Assembly: GCA_965153285.1 (NCBI GenBank)
Contig: OZ229112.1
Direction: 5' to 3' (one strand)
Length of the DNA stretch: 64,000 nt
Source: Podarcis tiliguerta
Taxonomy: Eukaryota
The notes under the pieces were generated by a model. It was given only the letters and a program-made list of their open reading frames with translations, made no database searches and was not told where the DNA came from. The position numbers and the translations under genes were made by a program. This document shows positions 1 to 12,560 of the stretch, one piece after another (positions within the stretch are counted from its first letter, which is position 1; every line of letters begins with the position of its first letter).

Positions 1-99
1 TCCTTTTATCCATGCCAGCAGAATGTCAGAGTACCCTAAATACCCCCTTCCTAAATCCCTTTTTGCTGGTGATTGGGCCATTCATATGTTTCCAAAATG

Positions 100-100
<1 letters not shown>

Positions 101-143
<43 letters not shown>
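101..143. repeat. (TTTC)n microsatellite
   Basis: Tandem tctt units seen directly; (GGGA)n at ~259-288 and (AAAT)n at ~459-483 lie nearby. Confidence 0.95.
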
Positions 144-146
<3 letters not shown>

Positions 147-499
147 TCTCTTTCCTTTGCTACCTCTTCATTTTTAATTTATTGAACACATGTCAAAGGG
201 CAGACTTGGGAATTTTTGCTTATTATTTTACTTGAAATCTGTAGAACTTTTAGGTGGGGGAGAGGGAGGGAGGGAGGGAGGGAGGGAGACGCAGGCAATT
301 TAGCTGCTCATTTTCTTAAGCTCATTTGGTTTTTTTGTAATTTATATAGAATTCAGGAGATAATGACTTTAAAGGGCTATTCTTTATTCCCTATGCAACT
401 CTTTGGATAACTGTGGTAGTGTTTGACAAAATGGGAGTTTTAAAAAAAGAGGAGAGAGAATAAATAAATAAATAAATAAATAAGAGGAAATTCTGCAAA

Positions 500-1920
500 G
501 CAGAAAACATAAAAGGTCTGTTTACACTGGCGTTGCTGACTATCCTACCATAATCAGCACTTTTAAATATTGTTGTTTATGAAACTGTAGTTTAAAATGC
601 AAGATGAATTATTTATAAAGGTCATTCTTTTAATAAATATCTGTTTTGTCTGAAAAGTGTTATTGTGTTATGATATACTTTATTCATGTTGGTTAGTTAT
701 TTACCATTATGAATAAATTTTAAAGATATATTGATAGAATAATACCTTTGAAGATGTTTACAAAGACAGATTTTTTTTCCCTGAAGGGGGGTGGGAATGG
801 GCAAGGGGAGTGGAACTGACAAAGAAATGCCTCCTCCTACTGTGAAATTCTCATTGTGAACGAAATAAATGTAAGATATGTGTTTTTTTTCCTAACCAGA
901 ATTGATTTAACTGTGGTATTGCATATCAAGAGCACCACAGTTAACATCATATTTACTATGGTACTCTGAATATATAGCACCCTTTCTGTATATATATGGT
1001 GTGAATTCAGGTTTGTTACAGTGTTTGAAACACAATTATCTCTGGTGCACACAACTAGGTACTATGTAATTAGAGAATACTGCATGTATACAACTTTCAA
1101 TATTTAGACTTCATATTTTGATGTTACTATTTGATGGTGACCTGTTAATCAGAAGCTATCTTTATAAGATACTTTTAATACAGTAGGCGAGTTGTCAGTT
1201 TGACAGAATATATCTTCTGAGGAAACTTAATGAAAACTAACTGTAAGGGCCCCAAAACACCACCCTGAATTCTAGCATAGGATTTCATAGTATCTGTATT
1301 TGGGGGAGGGGGGGAATGTATAGCATTTAAACAAACTTTTCATAAATTGGTTAGTGTGTTATTGCAATGAGACTGTGTTAACATTTCAGTCTATGTCCTT
1401 CTTCTTAAGGGGTCAGTAGACTAACCATACAACACTCCAAATGTTCTTCCTAGGAGTAGATGTATATTTTAAATGCACAGGATATATATGCCTTTTGCCA
1501 TTTTTTTTTAAAAAAAAACAACCATGCAGGTTGTTGGTGTCAAAATCCTGTGGCTGCAAAAACAGCCAGAGTTTCTTCGTGCCACTTTTGCATACCTCAA
1601 TCTGTTTTATGAAATTGATGCCGTATTGGCAATGTTTTAGACGGTAACATAATCTCATTGCTCTCAGTATATTTGCAAAATGTGAGCAGCCAATGATTAA
1701 ACTTCTAAAAAGATTACCGTATTGTGCATGCGCTATACAATAACTTTAAAACAAACAAAGAAACAAATGCCTACCTATACTTAACTACTTGCAGGCGAAA
1801 ATAGATTTAAACTGTATTTACTTCCTGGATTTTGGATTTTCATGAGGCCACACATATATGAAATAAATATGAAACTTTTTATTTAAAAATGGCTGTGAAT
1901 AAATTATCTATACACTGTGG
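500..1920 (+). other. Probable distal 3' UTR of the upstream gene (RGS17 by conserved synteny); no coding exon in window
   Basis: AT-rich and free of recognisable repeats. AATAAA at 1862-1867 and 1898-1903; Pumilio-type TGTATATA at 987-994. In amniotes RGS17-MTRF1L-FBXO5 are co-oriented neighbours. Gene identity is inference only. Confidence 0.35.
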
Positions 1921-3466
1921 TCATGCAAAAGCCCACACATGTCTCTCATTCATCTAAGTGCTGTTGATATTTCTTATTCCAACTAATCTTTTTATTGATG
2001 GTTTATAAGTAAGGGTGCTCTATGGACTGTAGCTTATGACAGCAACTTAGCCTTCCTAGGCATTTGGGGGCATAAACCTGAATCCATAGATGCAGTTGTA
2101 TTAGCAAAAGGTGCTTCTACTCACTCAAACCAGGGGGGTCCTTAATTTCACTAGTTCTCCGTTAGCATGCTAGCCCCCTTGGCATTTCCTGTGCTATTCT
2201 GGAGGATCCCCAACCTAAAAGAGTGGCTTTTTAGGGGCTCAGTGCTGCAACAGGAAGGAGGCAGAAAAGTGCCACTCTAGGAGTAGAACCAGATCCTGGA
2301 AGTTAAGATCTATATTGTAACCCACCCACCCCATCACACATGCTGCCCACTTCATGCTTCATTTATCCTCTGGATGGAAGAGGATTGATTGTTTTGTACT
2401 GTTTGATCTCCCCTTTCCTATACTTTTTATATGGTTTCTGATATATCCCAGTTAAAGTGAATTGAGGAATGGGGGAGGAATATCCAAGGTCTTGGGATCT
2501 AAAGTGTTGACAACTAGTAAAATTCTTAACAACACTTGCTGATACAGCAGGTAATATACAAGACATGTTAATAATTCGTTATTGGTGTTTTTTTTTTGTA
2601 TTCACACTTCTGAGAGATTTTGAGTTGAAGGGGGAAATGTGTGAGAGCCCATAGGAATTAACACTAGCGGAGGGTGATTACAGACCACAGATACTCTCTC
2701 TGTATAGTTGTACCCCTGTACTATGAACAATAATTATTAATAAAATTTTATATTTTATACTTCAAATGGGAGTCATTGTCTAATAAATCAGATTTTTTTC
2801 CATCTCTGACTTAAGAAAAGGGACTCATTTTAGAATATACTGTTATATTTTCAGTCACACACCAAAATAGGAGTTCATATACAGGGCTCAAGTATATTAA
2901 CTATTTCTCCCTGGTAAACAATTGCCATGTTAGGGAGCAGCACAGAGCCGGATCTGGAAAATCCATAGGTGAAACTCTGCTCACAGTACACTCTGACTAA
3001 AGGAGGGGTGGAGATGGGGCTTGGGGCTTCAGGAGGAAGTAAAGACACACGGTAAATTGGTGGAAATCCAACACATACACCTTTTCCCAGTATGTCTCCT
3101 CTCCAGACCTTGGTCCTTCCACCGACAGAAGGAGCTGTTCAGTTTGCACAAGGGCAAGTCTGAATCTAACCTCATGACATAAACTTTCACCAACTAGAGT
3201 CCATCAGATGCATGAAGTGTTATCCCTAAGTTGTTAGGTACACATGAAGGTGGAGAAAGAAAAATCTAAACAATATCAGAGAAAAATGAAATACAAAAAC
3301 CCAGATGTTGAAAATTACATCAAGGCTAAATGTATGTAAAATAAGCACACTGGTCATTCACAAGGCAGCATTAACGGTAGTACTTATTCAGCTGAAGCAT
3401 TTGTGCATGCCACTACAATCCCCAGCACAAAAATCATATACTGTAGTTTACTTCCATGGGCATAGG

Positions 3467-3599
3467 CAGTGCTCTTTTTAGGGGGTACTCAATGGTACGC
3501 AGTACGGCACCTCTTTTTTTGTTAAAAAGTGTGGCACGTACTGTAACAACTTCTTGGTGAGCCCCGGCACCTCATTTCTAGAAAGACAAAAAAGCACTG
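3467..3599. mobile_element. Non-autonomous hAT-type MITE, nested in an older element
   Basis: TIRs CAGTGCT...AGCACTG; 8-bp TSD GGCATAGG (3459-3466) / GGCATAGC (3600-3607). Confidence 0.75.
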
Positions 3600-4229
3600 G
3601 GCATAGCTAGGATTTATGTCATGGGGGTCAGGCTTTATGTTAGGGGGCAGAACCGAGTTATCTGCAACACGATTGGCCCGTTAGTTAAGTATTTTTATTT
3701 ATTTACTTGAATGGGCGGGGGGGGGCAGCTGCACCCTTCTGGCTACCCTCATCATATTTACTTCTGCTGGAGAGGCGCTCCTTGGTTGGCTGTGAGTAGG
3801 GCGAGGTGCAACACACACTTAATTTTTTTAACCTGCTGTTTTGTGCAAATCTAGTATGCCGTTAAACTGGTGTTTCAAAAATAATAATAATCAAAAATTG
3901 ACAACCAACACAGATAAATACCTGTGTTTGTCAGTCATCCCAGCACCTTTCAATTAATTGCCCAGAAACCGGGAGGCAACCATTCTGGTTGGGTTACCTC
4001 TCTCTAATGTTTCATTTCATGATGTTTCATGATGCGTCGGGAGTCGCATCGTTTCGGCTTTTTCCGGATTTTGCTGCCGTTGCAGTGAATGGGAACTAGC
4101 AATGCAAGCCCTGCACGACAGTGCCCAATTGAACACATGACAACCCGTACCAGCAAAAGAAGCCCACGCATTATTATCCCCCTCCATCTATCTCCCGCCT
4201 TTTCTCCGTAGAGCTCGGGGCAGCACGAG

Positions 4230-4390
4230 CGGCTCTTGCAATTCCCACTCCCCCCTTATCCTCACAACAACCCTGCCATGTAGGCTCGGCTGAGTGACTG
4301 CACAAGCCCACTCAGTGAGCCTCGTATCCGGTGTGTGCGTGTATGTGTGGACTGGAACCCGGGTATTCCCCGGTAATGGTCCAACACGCT
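4230..4390 (-). mobile_element. Degenerate MIR-like/CORE SINE remnant within the MTRF1L promoter region
   Basis: 'ttatcctcacaacaaccctg...taggct..gctgagtgactg...actcagtgagc...ggaacccggg' resembles the CORE-SINE antisense pattern and the copy at 61628-61872. Confidence 0.5.
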
Positions 4391-4616
4391 TAAAGAGGCT
4401 CAGGAATGAAGCGCTTCCGTGATTTGCCAACGCGGTTCCTACCCGGCATAGAACGCCGTCCAAATGTGAACCCGAAGTGAGGGCGGTTCGCATTGCCCGC
4501 TTTTGTTTTAACTCTATGCTGGACGCGGGGCCGGGTCGTTTGTTTCCGGAAGTTGTCGGCCTCGTGACCGGAAGCGGAAACTTTTCGGGCAAGGGAGGGC
4601 GTGGTTTGCCGTCGGC

Positions 4617-4947
4617 ATGTGGCGGAGTGTTGGGCGCAGTCTGTTGTGGCGGCGGCTGCAGCAGGAGCAGCAGCGGAGGTGGAGGTCGCGCGCCTCGTCG
4701 TCTTCGCCGCTCGCCGTTGCCCTCGCGCCGGGGCGGTGGGAGGCGACGGCGCCTCGCCGCTCCTCCAGCAGCCAGGCTGGCTTGCGCGAGCTGTTCCAGC
4801 TGCCGGCGCTGCAGCGCTTCCTGGAGCGGCAGCAGGAGGAGCCGGGGCTGCTTCGCGGGGTTTCCTGGCCGGACTTGGCAGCGCGGATTCGCCTCCTGCG
4901 GGAGAAGGAGCAGGAGCTGCGCGACACGGAGCGCCTGGCGCAGGAAG
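4617..4947 (+). CDS. MTRF1L: MTRF1L (mitochondrial peptide chain release factor 1-like, mtRF1a) coding exon 1 of 7; includes Arg/Ser-rich mitochondrial targeting peptide
   Basis: ATG 4617; MWRSVGRSLLWRR...LAARIRLLREKEQELRDTERLAQE; donor G|GTGAGG at 4948, phase 1. Confidence 0.88.
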
Positions 4948-5221
4948 GTGAGGCCGCCTCGGCAGACTCCATAGCCACAGGCCGCTTGGCGCTCGTTGCC
5001 TTAAGCCGCAGCTTCAGTGGTGGCTGCCACACCGCCTGCACCAGAGGGAGAGAGGCGAGTCTTCCCGGGCTTGGTTCTCTCCTGCAGGGACCATCCCATC
5101 TCGCTGTCATGTAACGCTATTAGTACTTGCATTTAGTGCATTGAAATTCTTGTACAGGGGCCGGGTATTTTAGTTGTATTATCGTTACAGGCATTATTTG
5201 CTAACAATAGCTGTATTCTAG

Positions 5222-5301
5222 ATGAACATGAAGATTTGCGGAAGCTGGCGGAAACAGAAGCTGTTTCCTGTCGGGAAGAGATAGCAGAATTGAAACACCA
5301 G
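5222..5301 (+). CDS. MTRF1L: MTRF1L coding exon 2
   Basis: TTCTAG| acceptor; DEHEDLRKLAETEAVSCREEIAELKHQ; donor CAG|GTACAT; phases compatible with neighbours. Confidence 0.93.
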
Positions 5302-5400
5302 GTACATTGCTTCCTTTTTTTATTCCTTTTATTTAAAACACTACTTTTCATTGTGGGAACAATTCCAGAGTGGAATATGATATGCAATATATTTCATATA

Positions 5401-5612
5401 CAGTCATACCTTGGTTGCTGAACGCCTGGAACAGGTTAAGTTTCGGCTCCCGAACAATAGAAAACCAGAAGTGAGTTTTTTAACGATTTTCGGAAGCCGA
5501 ATGTCCTTCTGGTGTCTGCAGCCAATCGGAAGCCGCGCCTTGGTTTTCGAACCGTTTCGGGAGTCGAACGGATTCCTCAAACGCATTCTGTTCGAGAACC
5601 AAGGTACAACTG
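5401..5612. mobile_element. Tc1/mariner (Tigger/pogo-like) MITE in MTRF1L intron 2
   Basis: TIRs CAGTCATACCTTGGTT / AACCAAGGTACAACTG flanked by TA on both sides. Confidence 0.8.
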
Positions 5613-5722
5613 TATATATATTGATTATTGTTCTTATTGCATGTGTTCCAGCAAGGTATGTGATAGGATACTGTTGGCTGAAGATTTTATTTGGGTAGAA
5701 AGGCATCCCTTTTTCGTTACAG

Positions 5723-5906
5723 ATTGTATTGCTTTTGATTCCTTCAGAAGAAACAGATAGAAGTGATCTCATCATGGAAGTGACTGCTGGAGTTGGAGGG
5801 CAGGAAGCAATGCTGTTCACAGCAGAGATGTTTGATATGTATCAACAGTATGCTGCATATAAAAAGTGGAATTTTGAAGTTCTGGAATATGCTTCCAGTG
5901 ACATAG
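5723..5906 (+). CDS. MTRF1L: MTRF1L coding exon 3
   Basis: TACAG| [32 protein letters not shown]...SSDI G|GTAAGT; typical RF1 PCRF-domain sequence. Confidence 0.96.
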
Positions 5907-7044
5907 GTAAGTAACCAGTGCATATACCGGTGTCACCCTACACATTACATTGCTGCAGGGGACATCTTATTTTTTCTGCTGCTAAATATGAGTGTTGGAG
6001 TATGAATGGTTATATATCATTGAAATCCAGCAAACATGTCTAGGAATCTTGTAGAGGTTTGCCCAGTATGCACTTAGTGTTTAAAGATGCATGCACTCTT
6101 GTGTATGACAACCACATGAGTAAAATGAAAATAGTAGCATAAAAACAGTGTGAAGCCGCCTTCAGTAACCCTCTTAGAATACTCTGCTGAAGAAATTGCA
6201 TCCAACAATTACATCCAATTAGACCCAACAACAATTGGAGGGCCAGTTCCTTAACCAATTATATGTTGGTTATAATAATGACCTAGTTTATAGGATTATA
6301 TGAATTAATGAGAATTTTCATAGGTTGGCTATGATAGGCCTTTCCACAGCTGATTGCACTAAGGAATGGACCAAAGATATGGACCGGAAGAGTGTTGGAG
6401 GCAGAAAACTGTGATTAATTGGAAACTTCCTGGTTTGATCGTTGTGGCGTTAAGGGGCTGCATGTGCAGGCAAAGGCACAAACCATGGGCATGAACATAT
6501 GTCTGGTTAATAAGATCAGAGATGACTGTCTGAACTTAACCAGTGTAAAAGCAATAATATACATGAGTGGGACCCCCAACAAAATACTGTTGTGTGGAAT
6601 GCTCCTGTTTGGTGTTCCAGCCAGCTCTTTCTTCTTTCAGGATGTTCCATTCTCTTTCTTCTCCTGCTGGTTTTCTGCCTTTACTACTCGCAGCATTCTT
6701 TGGCTGCTGTTCATGTTCAGTCCTTAATGGTTTGAATTTATTTGAGGGTGAAGTGGGGTGGGTGGTGGGCATCTTAGGTTCTTTATGCTGATGAATTTTT
6801 CTACTTCTGCCAACCTTAGGGTTCTCCTTAGCATGGTGATACCCCCTTTAACTCAATAACACACAAGTTTGTTATTAGTATATCCGGTTATTTATAAACT
6901 TTCTAGGAACGGGGCAAAAGTTAAGAACAAAATACAAACTCTGGTTGCAAGCTTAAAATCATCAGTCACAATATAAATCCTTCAGCGAACTTTTCCAAAT
7001 GGATTGTACTATACAGTTACAGTGCATTTTTATTTTTATTGAAG

Positions 7045-7208
7045 GTGGTTTGAGACATGCATCTGCTGTTATAGGAGGCCTCGACACGTATAAACAAATG
7101 AAGTTTGAAGGGGGCGTACATCGTGTCCAGAGAGTGCCTAAGACAGAAAAGCAAGGACGCATTCACACCAGCACAATGACTGTAGCAATTTTACCACAAC
7201 CAGATGAG
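7045..7208 (+). CDS. MTRF1L: MTRF1L coding exon 4 (PxT stop-codon recognition motif)
   Basis: [12 protein letters not shown]...[36 protein letters not shown]; PKT at 7137-7145; donor GAG|GTATGA. Confidence 0.97.
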
Positions 7209-7603
7209 GTATGATACAGTTACACAGTTGCAGAGTTGTAGGACTAGATGACGCTAAGGTCCCTTTTCAGTGCTACAATTCTATGATTCTAAGTAGGTGC
7301 TCAAATACTCTGCTTTCAGATATGCTCTTTTATGTAGACTTGCTATGCTCAGAATAATTATTTATTTTATTACTTGATTATTTCATTTATAATCCACCTT
7401 TCCACCAAGGAGCTCTAGGTGGTATACATAGTTCTCTGCAGAAGGCAGCTTATTGTTTCGGAAGAGTGTTTTAAAGGGTGGTGGGTGCCCCAGGTGTCAG
7501 TGAAAAACTTGCTTTGTCATTTTAAATAAGAATGATTTGTAAATAGAATTATCTGCTGTTCATTTACAAAGCATAAGTTGAGTGTGTCTCTTTCACGTTG
7601 CAG

Positions 7604-7721
7604 ATAAATTTGACAATTAATCCTAAAGACTTGCGTATTGAAACTAAACGAGCCAGTGGAGCTGGTGGTCAGCATGTAAATAAAACTGATAGCGCTGTAA
7701 GAATAGTCCATATTCCCACAG
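7604..7721 (+). CDS. MTRF1L: MTRF1L coding exon 5 (catalytic GGQ)
   Basis: TGCAG| [40 protein letters not shown]|GTACAT; GGQ at 7664-7672. Confidence 0.97.
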
Positions 7722-9493
7722 GTACATTACAGCTTTCTTTCTGCCTTGATGAAATCTGTTTCTGCATATTATGATTTACACAAACAATGAGCATGGCTTA
7801 GTAGCAGTGCAATGCTATGTAGGCAGAAGATTCCAGGAGTCAGTGTGGATACTGCTGCCAGTCAGAGTCGATGGCCTGAGTGGTCTCATTCAGTGTCAGG
7901 GGTCACTGTTGCTGTCCCCTTCTTACTGCCATTGTTGGGCCAGCTCTGAGTGGCTGCAGACTTCTGTGCCTGCCAAGGACATAACACACAGGTGCTAGGA
8001 AGCTGCGGACAGGCTAGAAGTCAGGTAGAAATGGTGGGGTGGAATTAACTGGAAGTGAGGGCAGAGACACAGAGGGCTTGTGGCTGGAAAATAAACCAAT
8101 AAGCTGAGCACAGGGTGAGGTGGAGGAAACAGGATACAAGAACATGAGGAGATGGAGAGGTGGGCAGGAAGTAGTTAATAGTGTGTAGGTGGGAAGCAGG
8201 TGGTGTGTGAGAGGGAGACAGTGGAAAAAGCATGGACGTAGGCAGCAAATGCCGTTAAAATGAGAACTGGACAAGCCACCAGAGGGAAGCAAATGGCATG
8301 CAAAATGCAGAGGTCACAAAAAGCCTGCACACATTACCACTGCTAGATGAAGGTGTTTGGCCCTGAGATGCTGACCCATGGAAGAAGCCACCTGCTGACC
8401 AACCCATGCAGCTAGTCTTGACTATGCATTACCCACCAGGGATCACTACCCTAGAGAAAGCTCTGAGAACACCTTAATTATATAAGGTGTTAAAAAAACA
8501 TACGTTGAGTAAGCTGGCTTTGTGCTAGGGAGATTCATGGAATGGGGAGGTATTGCGTCCACCTGAGTGACACTCATTGTAAGGCAACTTCATATATACA
8601 TGTCAGAAAACCTAGGTTTGCCACCAGTACTGCTTCTCCAACAAGTGTATTTGGGTGACTAACACACCCACAAATACATAATTTTTCCATTCATATTCAA
8701 AACGTTTGCATGTACAGGTAATAAATGTGGCATTAACCTGTGAATTCAGTGATACCTTAATCATTGCTTTAAAAAAATAGATTATCAGTGGCCTTTGCAT
8801 GAATTTTCACTTTGAGCTACAGTTTTTACCAACCATAAGTGTGAATTCTGCAGATAGTATTTGAATTCCTGGAGTATGTGGGAATTAGTTATAGTTAACA
8901 GTGCAAAGGGTTTGTGTTTCCACATTTAACCTCTTTTGATGCTATTTGCAACAGACAGTGTACCTTCTGAATAGCCTACCCGTAGTAAAGCATAAACACA
9001 GCAAGGTCTTTCCTTTCTTACAAATCTACTTAATATTTAGCTTTTCCTATTTCTCTTTTCCAGTCCTCAGTGCCTTCCCTCTTTTCTGCTTAAATTGCAA
9101 CATAGCATAGCAATGTATTTGGTTTTTTTCTGTTTGGGGCTAAATGCCTACCAGACGTCCTGCTTCTAGTGCAGGGTTGACTAACCTTTGAGTATCCAGA
9201 TCCTTTTGGATTCCAGTTCTTTTCGCGTAGTCGGGGATGATGGGCCCTAGGAACAGTGCTCTGTTCCCACTGGAGCTTATTGCTTTCGTTTTGCTATCTT
9301 GGTAATCACCAGGCTTCACACTGCTGCCATTACAGTAGCATATACTTCCCCAAGCCCTGAGTTCAGAAACTAGCAGTTGTGTAACTTAAATTGCTTGTCA
9401 GATCTCACTGTGCTCCTTGAAAGCTGGCCTTCATCCTTCCCTTAGCACTCTTTGTTTTGTTTTTGACTGACATCATTTTTCTTGCTGCTGCAG

Positions 9494-9630
9494 GTGTTGT
9501 GTCTGAGTGTCAGCAGGAAAGATCTCAAATAAAAAATAAAGAAAAGGCTATGAAGATCCTTCGTGCCAAGCTATACAGTATCAAACTTGAAGAAGAGACC
9601 AGAAAAACAGAAATTGCTAGAAAGATTCAG
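9494..9630 (+). CDS. MTRF1L: MTRF1L coding exon 6
   Basis: TGCAG| [28 protein letters not shown]...ARKIQ |GTAATG. Confidence 0.96.
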
Positions 9631-10617
9631 GTAATGTTTAATTTACTCTTCATCAGTGCCTGGAAACTTGAGTTTAAGTTCTACTGGGACAAGTACGTAC
9701 ATCAAACATGACAAGAAGGCATGAGCTGATGATATAATTGGGCTGGAGGGCGCAAAAAAGAAATCTACAGCATGAAGCTTGGAATTTTAATAGGCATTGT
9801 GTGGTGGAGAAAAAATAGGTTTCTTAAACAGCACAGTGAAGTAGAGTAATTTAACAATTACCACCTCACTTAAAATAAAATAAAGTGAGCATAAAGCTTA
9901 CCAGCATGTCTGTTAATACCCTTAAGTGTATCCCTGAAACTAATGACAGTACTTATTAGTGTGCACCCCGACTTTTATAGCTGTGCTCAGAAGGCGAGGA
10001 AACTGCCCTCACAGTTCTTCTGGTAGCACCTTGGGCAGAGAAGGTGTGGTATAGTAGTTAGTGTATTTGTGCAGGGAAAATAAGTTTCCTATAGTGTTTT
10101 CCTTGTTAACTCTTCATGCCATACATTTGCATCTCTAATATGTTTTCAGTTCAATCCATGCATGTATATGAGCTCTTGTTCGTGGCATAATAACCCAGTT
10201 AGTCGCCAAGGAATTAGATACAGCATGCTCTTGTTTTCTTCATATTCTGGCAAGGTGTCTCTGAGAGACCAAGGCACCTCCAAGTGCATCTGCTCTCCCT
10301 CCTGTTCCCTTTAAAAGTTTGACTGGCTGAGAGAAGTGATGCCTCAATTTGTCAGAAGCAGGAAATGTTATAAGAGATGCAGTACACATGTCCTGTTTCT
10401 CCTACTTACAGTAGTTGCTTTTTAGGTGTAAGCATAATGGAGAGAGCTATAAGCCTCTCCTGTTACACTACATTTATTTATTTTGCTCAAGCAATTTAGA
10501 GCGTAAGCTATTCAGGGTGAGGGCTTATCTTCTGGGTCTTTTTGGTTATGTTAACTCTGCAAAGGATTAGGTATATATATAAAAAAAACCTGATCAAATT
10601 TTTCTTTTTCTGATTAG

Positions 10618-10833
10618 ACTGGGTCCAGAGGAAGGTCGGAGAAAATCAGAACCTACAACTTTCCCCAGGATCGTGTTACTGATCACAGAATAAGCAGATC
10701 AGTGCATGACATTGAAAGGTTCATGTTGGGGGAGGAACTGCTAGATGACATGATAAAGTCCCTAAGAGAATATGCTGATTATGAGACTGTATTGGAAGTT
10801 ATTTCTGAAAGTGATCCAACCAGGCTGAGATGA
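10618..10833 (+). CDS. MTRF1L: MTRF1L coding exon 7 (last)
   Basis: ATTAG| [25 protein letters not shown]...[26 protein letters not shown] at 10831-10833; joined CDS is 1230 nt = 409 aa + stop. Confidence 0.95.
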   Translation, partial: TGSRGRSEKIRTYNFPQDRVTDHRISRSVHDIERFMLGEELLDDMIKSLREYADYETVLEVISESDPTRLR

Positions 10834-12308
10834 TCTGCCCCACAGGTACAGAATGCAACCAACTAGCTTGCTGCATCTGCTAGCTTTGGACCTACCTGAC
10901 ATTGAAATCTCTCTCTTTCTGTGAAAAAGGGTAAAGTTAGCATTATTCTCAAATTGCTTCTTGAAGCAGACAGCTATGATGGTGCTAAGCAAATTGACAC
11001 TTGAGACAGATTTTTGAATGGATGCTGGTGCTGTACTCTTCAGAGGTGGGCAAGAAATTGAGAACACACTGTCAATGAATAGCTTTTTTACAGCGAAAAT
11101 CATTCAGTGCAATAAGAAAGCTAACATGATGTTTTAAGTTATTACAATGTTGATACCTTAATCTAAAACCTGGAAGAAATTCTATTGTTTTCAGTGGCAC
11201 TTGGATTTGTCACCACTTGTAAATTTGAATTTATTTATTGTGACATTGTTAGAAAATTATACATAAGATTCTAACAGCTGTGGTGCCATAGCAAGTCAGA
11301 GGACTGGGCTTTTGCTGGTTGCCCCTCTGTTATGTTAAATGAAACTTCTTTGAAATCTGAGCCTACTTGTGTTGAATCTTTGGCCAAGTTATGCACATGG
11401 ATCCCATGAGTAAAGAGTTACACTTTCCATCCTGCTGTCTAAATAGCTGGTCACCCCATACTTACATGTCCTAGTTTTCCACCACGCATGGAAATTTGAC
11501 TGGGAACTTTGGAACCTTAGAGCCTGCCTAGAGGTAGCCAGCTGGACCTCATTTTCTATCATCCATGACCACTGGCCAAGCTGACCAGGAATGATGGGAG
11601 TTGGAGTATAACAATGCCTGAAGGGCATCACATTGGATATCCCCTAGAGCCTGCCTTCAAACAGAAGAGTCTAGGTCACTGGTATTTTAGCTGCTGTCTC
11701 GTAACCCAGAAATCTAGAGGAAATGAAGAGCCTTATGGTTCACAGGCAAGTGCCTAATGGCTGGTTTGAAAAAGAATAATAAAAGTCCTCACTTTATATG
11801 GCAAGTCTTTAAAAGGACACTCAAATACTCTACTATTCCCAACTGAAGAGGTCCAATATCATCTTCACAGCTTCCCAGTTAGCTGCTTAACTCCTTGCGC
11901 TGAGGCAAACGCCAATCAAATTGGCTTTCTATATAGGGAGTTCCTTTTTCTGTGCTTTTCACACCTGTGACTGTGCTGTGAAAAAGAACCCCACTAGATA
12001 ATCTGCTCTGAAATTCTATCTACAATGAGTTGACAGGAATTTGTTAAATAGGGATGGAAATGTTGGGGGACATCCAACCAAGTTGGATTAGCATTTTTAC
12101 CCTTTTCACAGTGCAGTAGGATCAATGTCTTTTACCACTTGTACACTCTCTAACATAAGCTCTCTGGTAAGAAATGTGTGGGCTTTTATGTTTGTTTGTT
12201 TTTTAAAAAACACAGTTTTAAAACAACATATAGAGAGCCAGAGAGCCTTACTGAGATAGCTTTCCTTTGCTCAGAAATTCTTTTCTGTCCTTGGTAGTTG
12301 TTATAGGT

Positions 12309-12560
12309 CAGGGGTCAGCAACCTTTTCCAGCCATGGGCCGGTCCACTGTCCCTCAGACCATGTGGTGGGCCGGACTATATTCTGGGAGGGGGGAAATGA
12401 ACAAATTCCTATGCCCCACAAATCACCCAGAGATGCATTTGAAATAAAAGGACACATTCTACTCATGTAAAAACACACTGATTCCCGGACCATCTGCGGG
12501 CTGGATTGAGAAGGCGAATGGGCCGTATCCGGCCCCTGGGCCTTAGATTGCCTACCCCTG
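12309..12560. mobile_element. hAT (Charlie-like) MITE
   Basis: TIRs CAGGGGTCAGCAA / TTGCCTACCCCTG; internal GGGCCG repeats; flanks TTATAGGT/TTATACCG resemble a decayed 8-bp TSD. Confidence 0.75.

Larger units (their letters stand above)
4030..5070 (+). promoter_or_regulatory. CpG island / MTRF1L promoter with tandem ETS (GABP/NRF-2-type) sites
   Basis: CpG-rich and TATA-less; CCGGAAGT 4546-4553 and CCGGAAGCGGAA from 4568, just upstream of ATG 4617. Confidence 0.8.

Noticed and set aside
4188-5114. Long overlapping ORFs (198 aa minus, 165 aa and 116 aa plus, 134 aa minus) over MTRF1L exon 1
   Set aside because: Stop-poor GC-rich CpG-island artefacts with low-complexity translations; only the 4617 frame splices into the conserved protein
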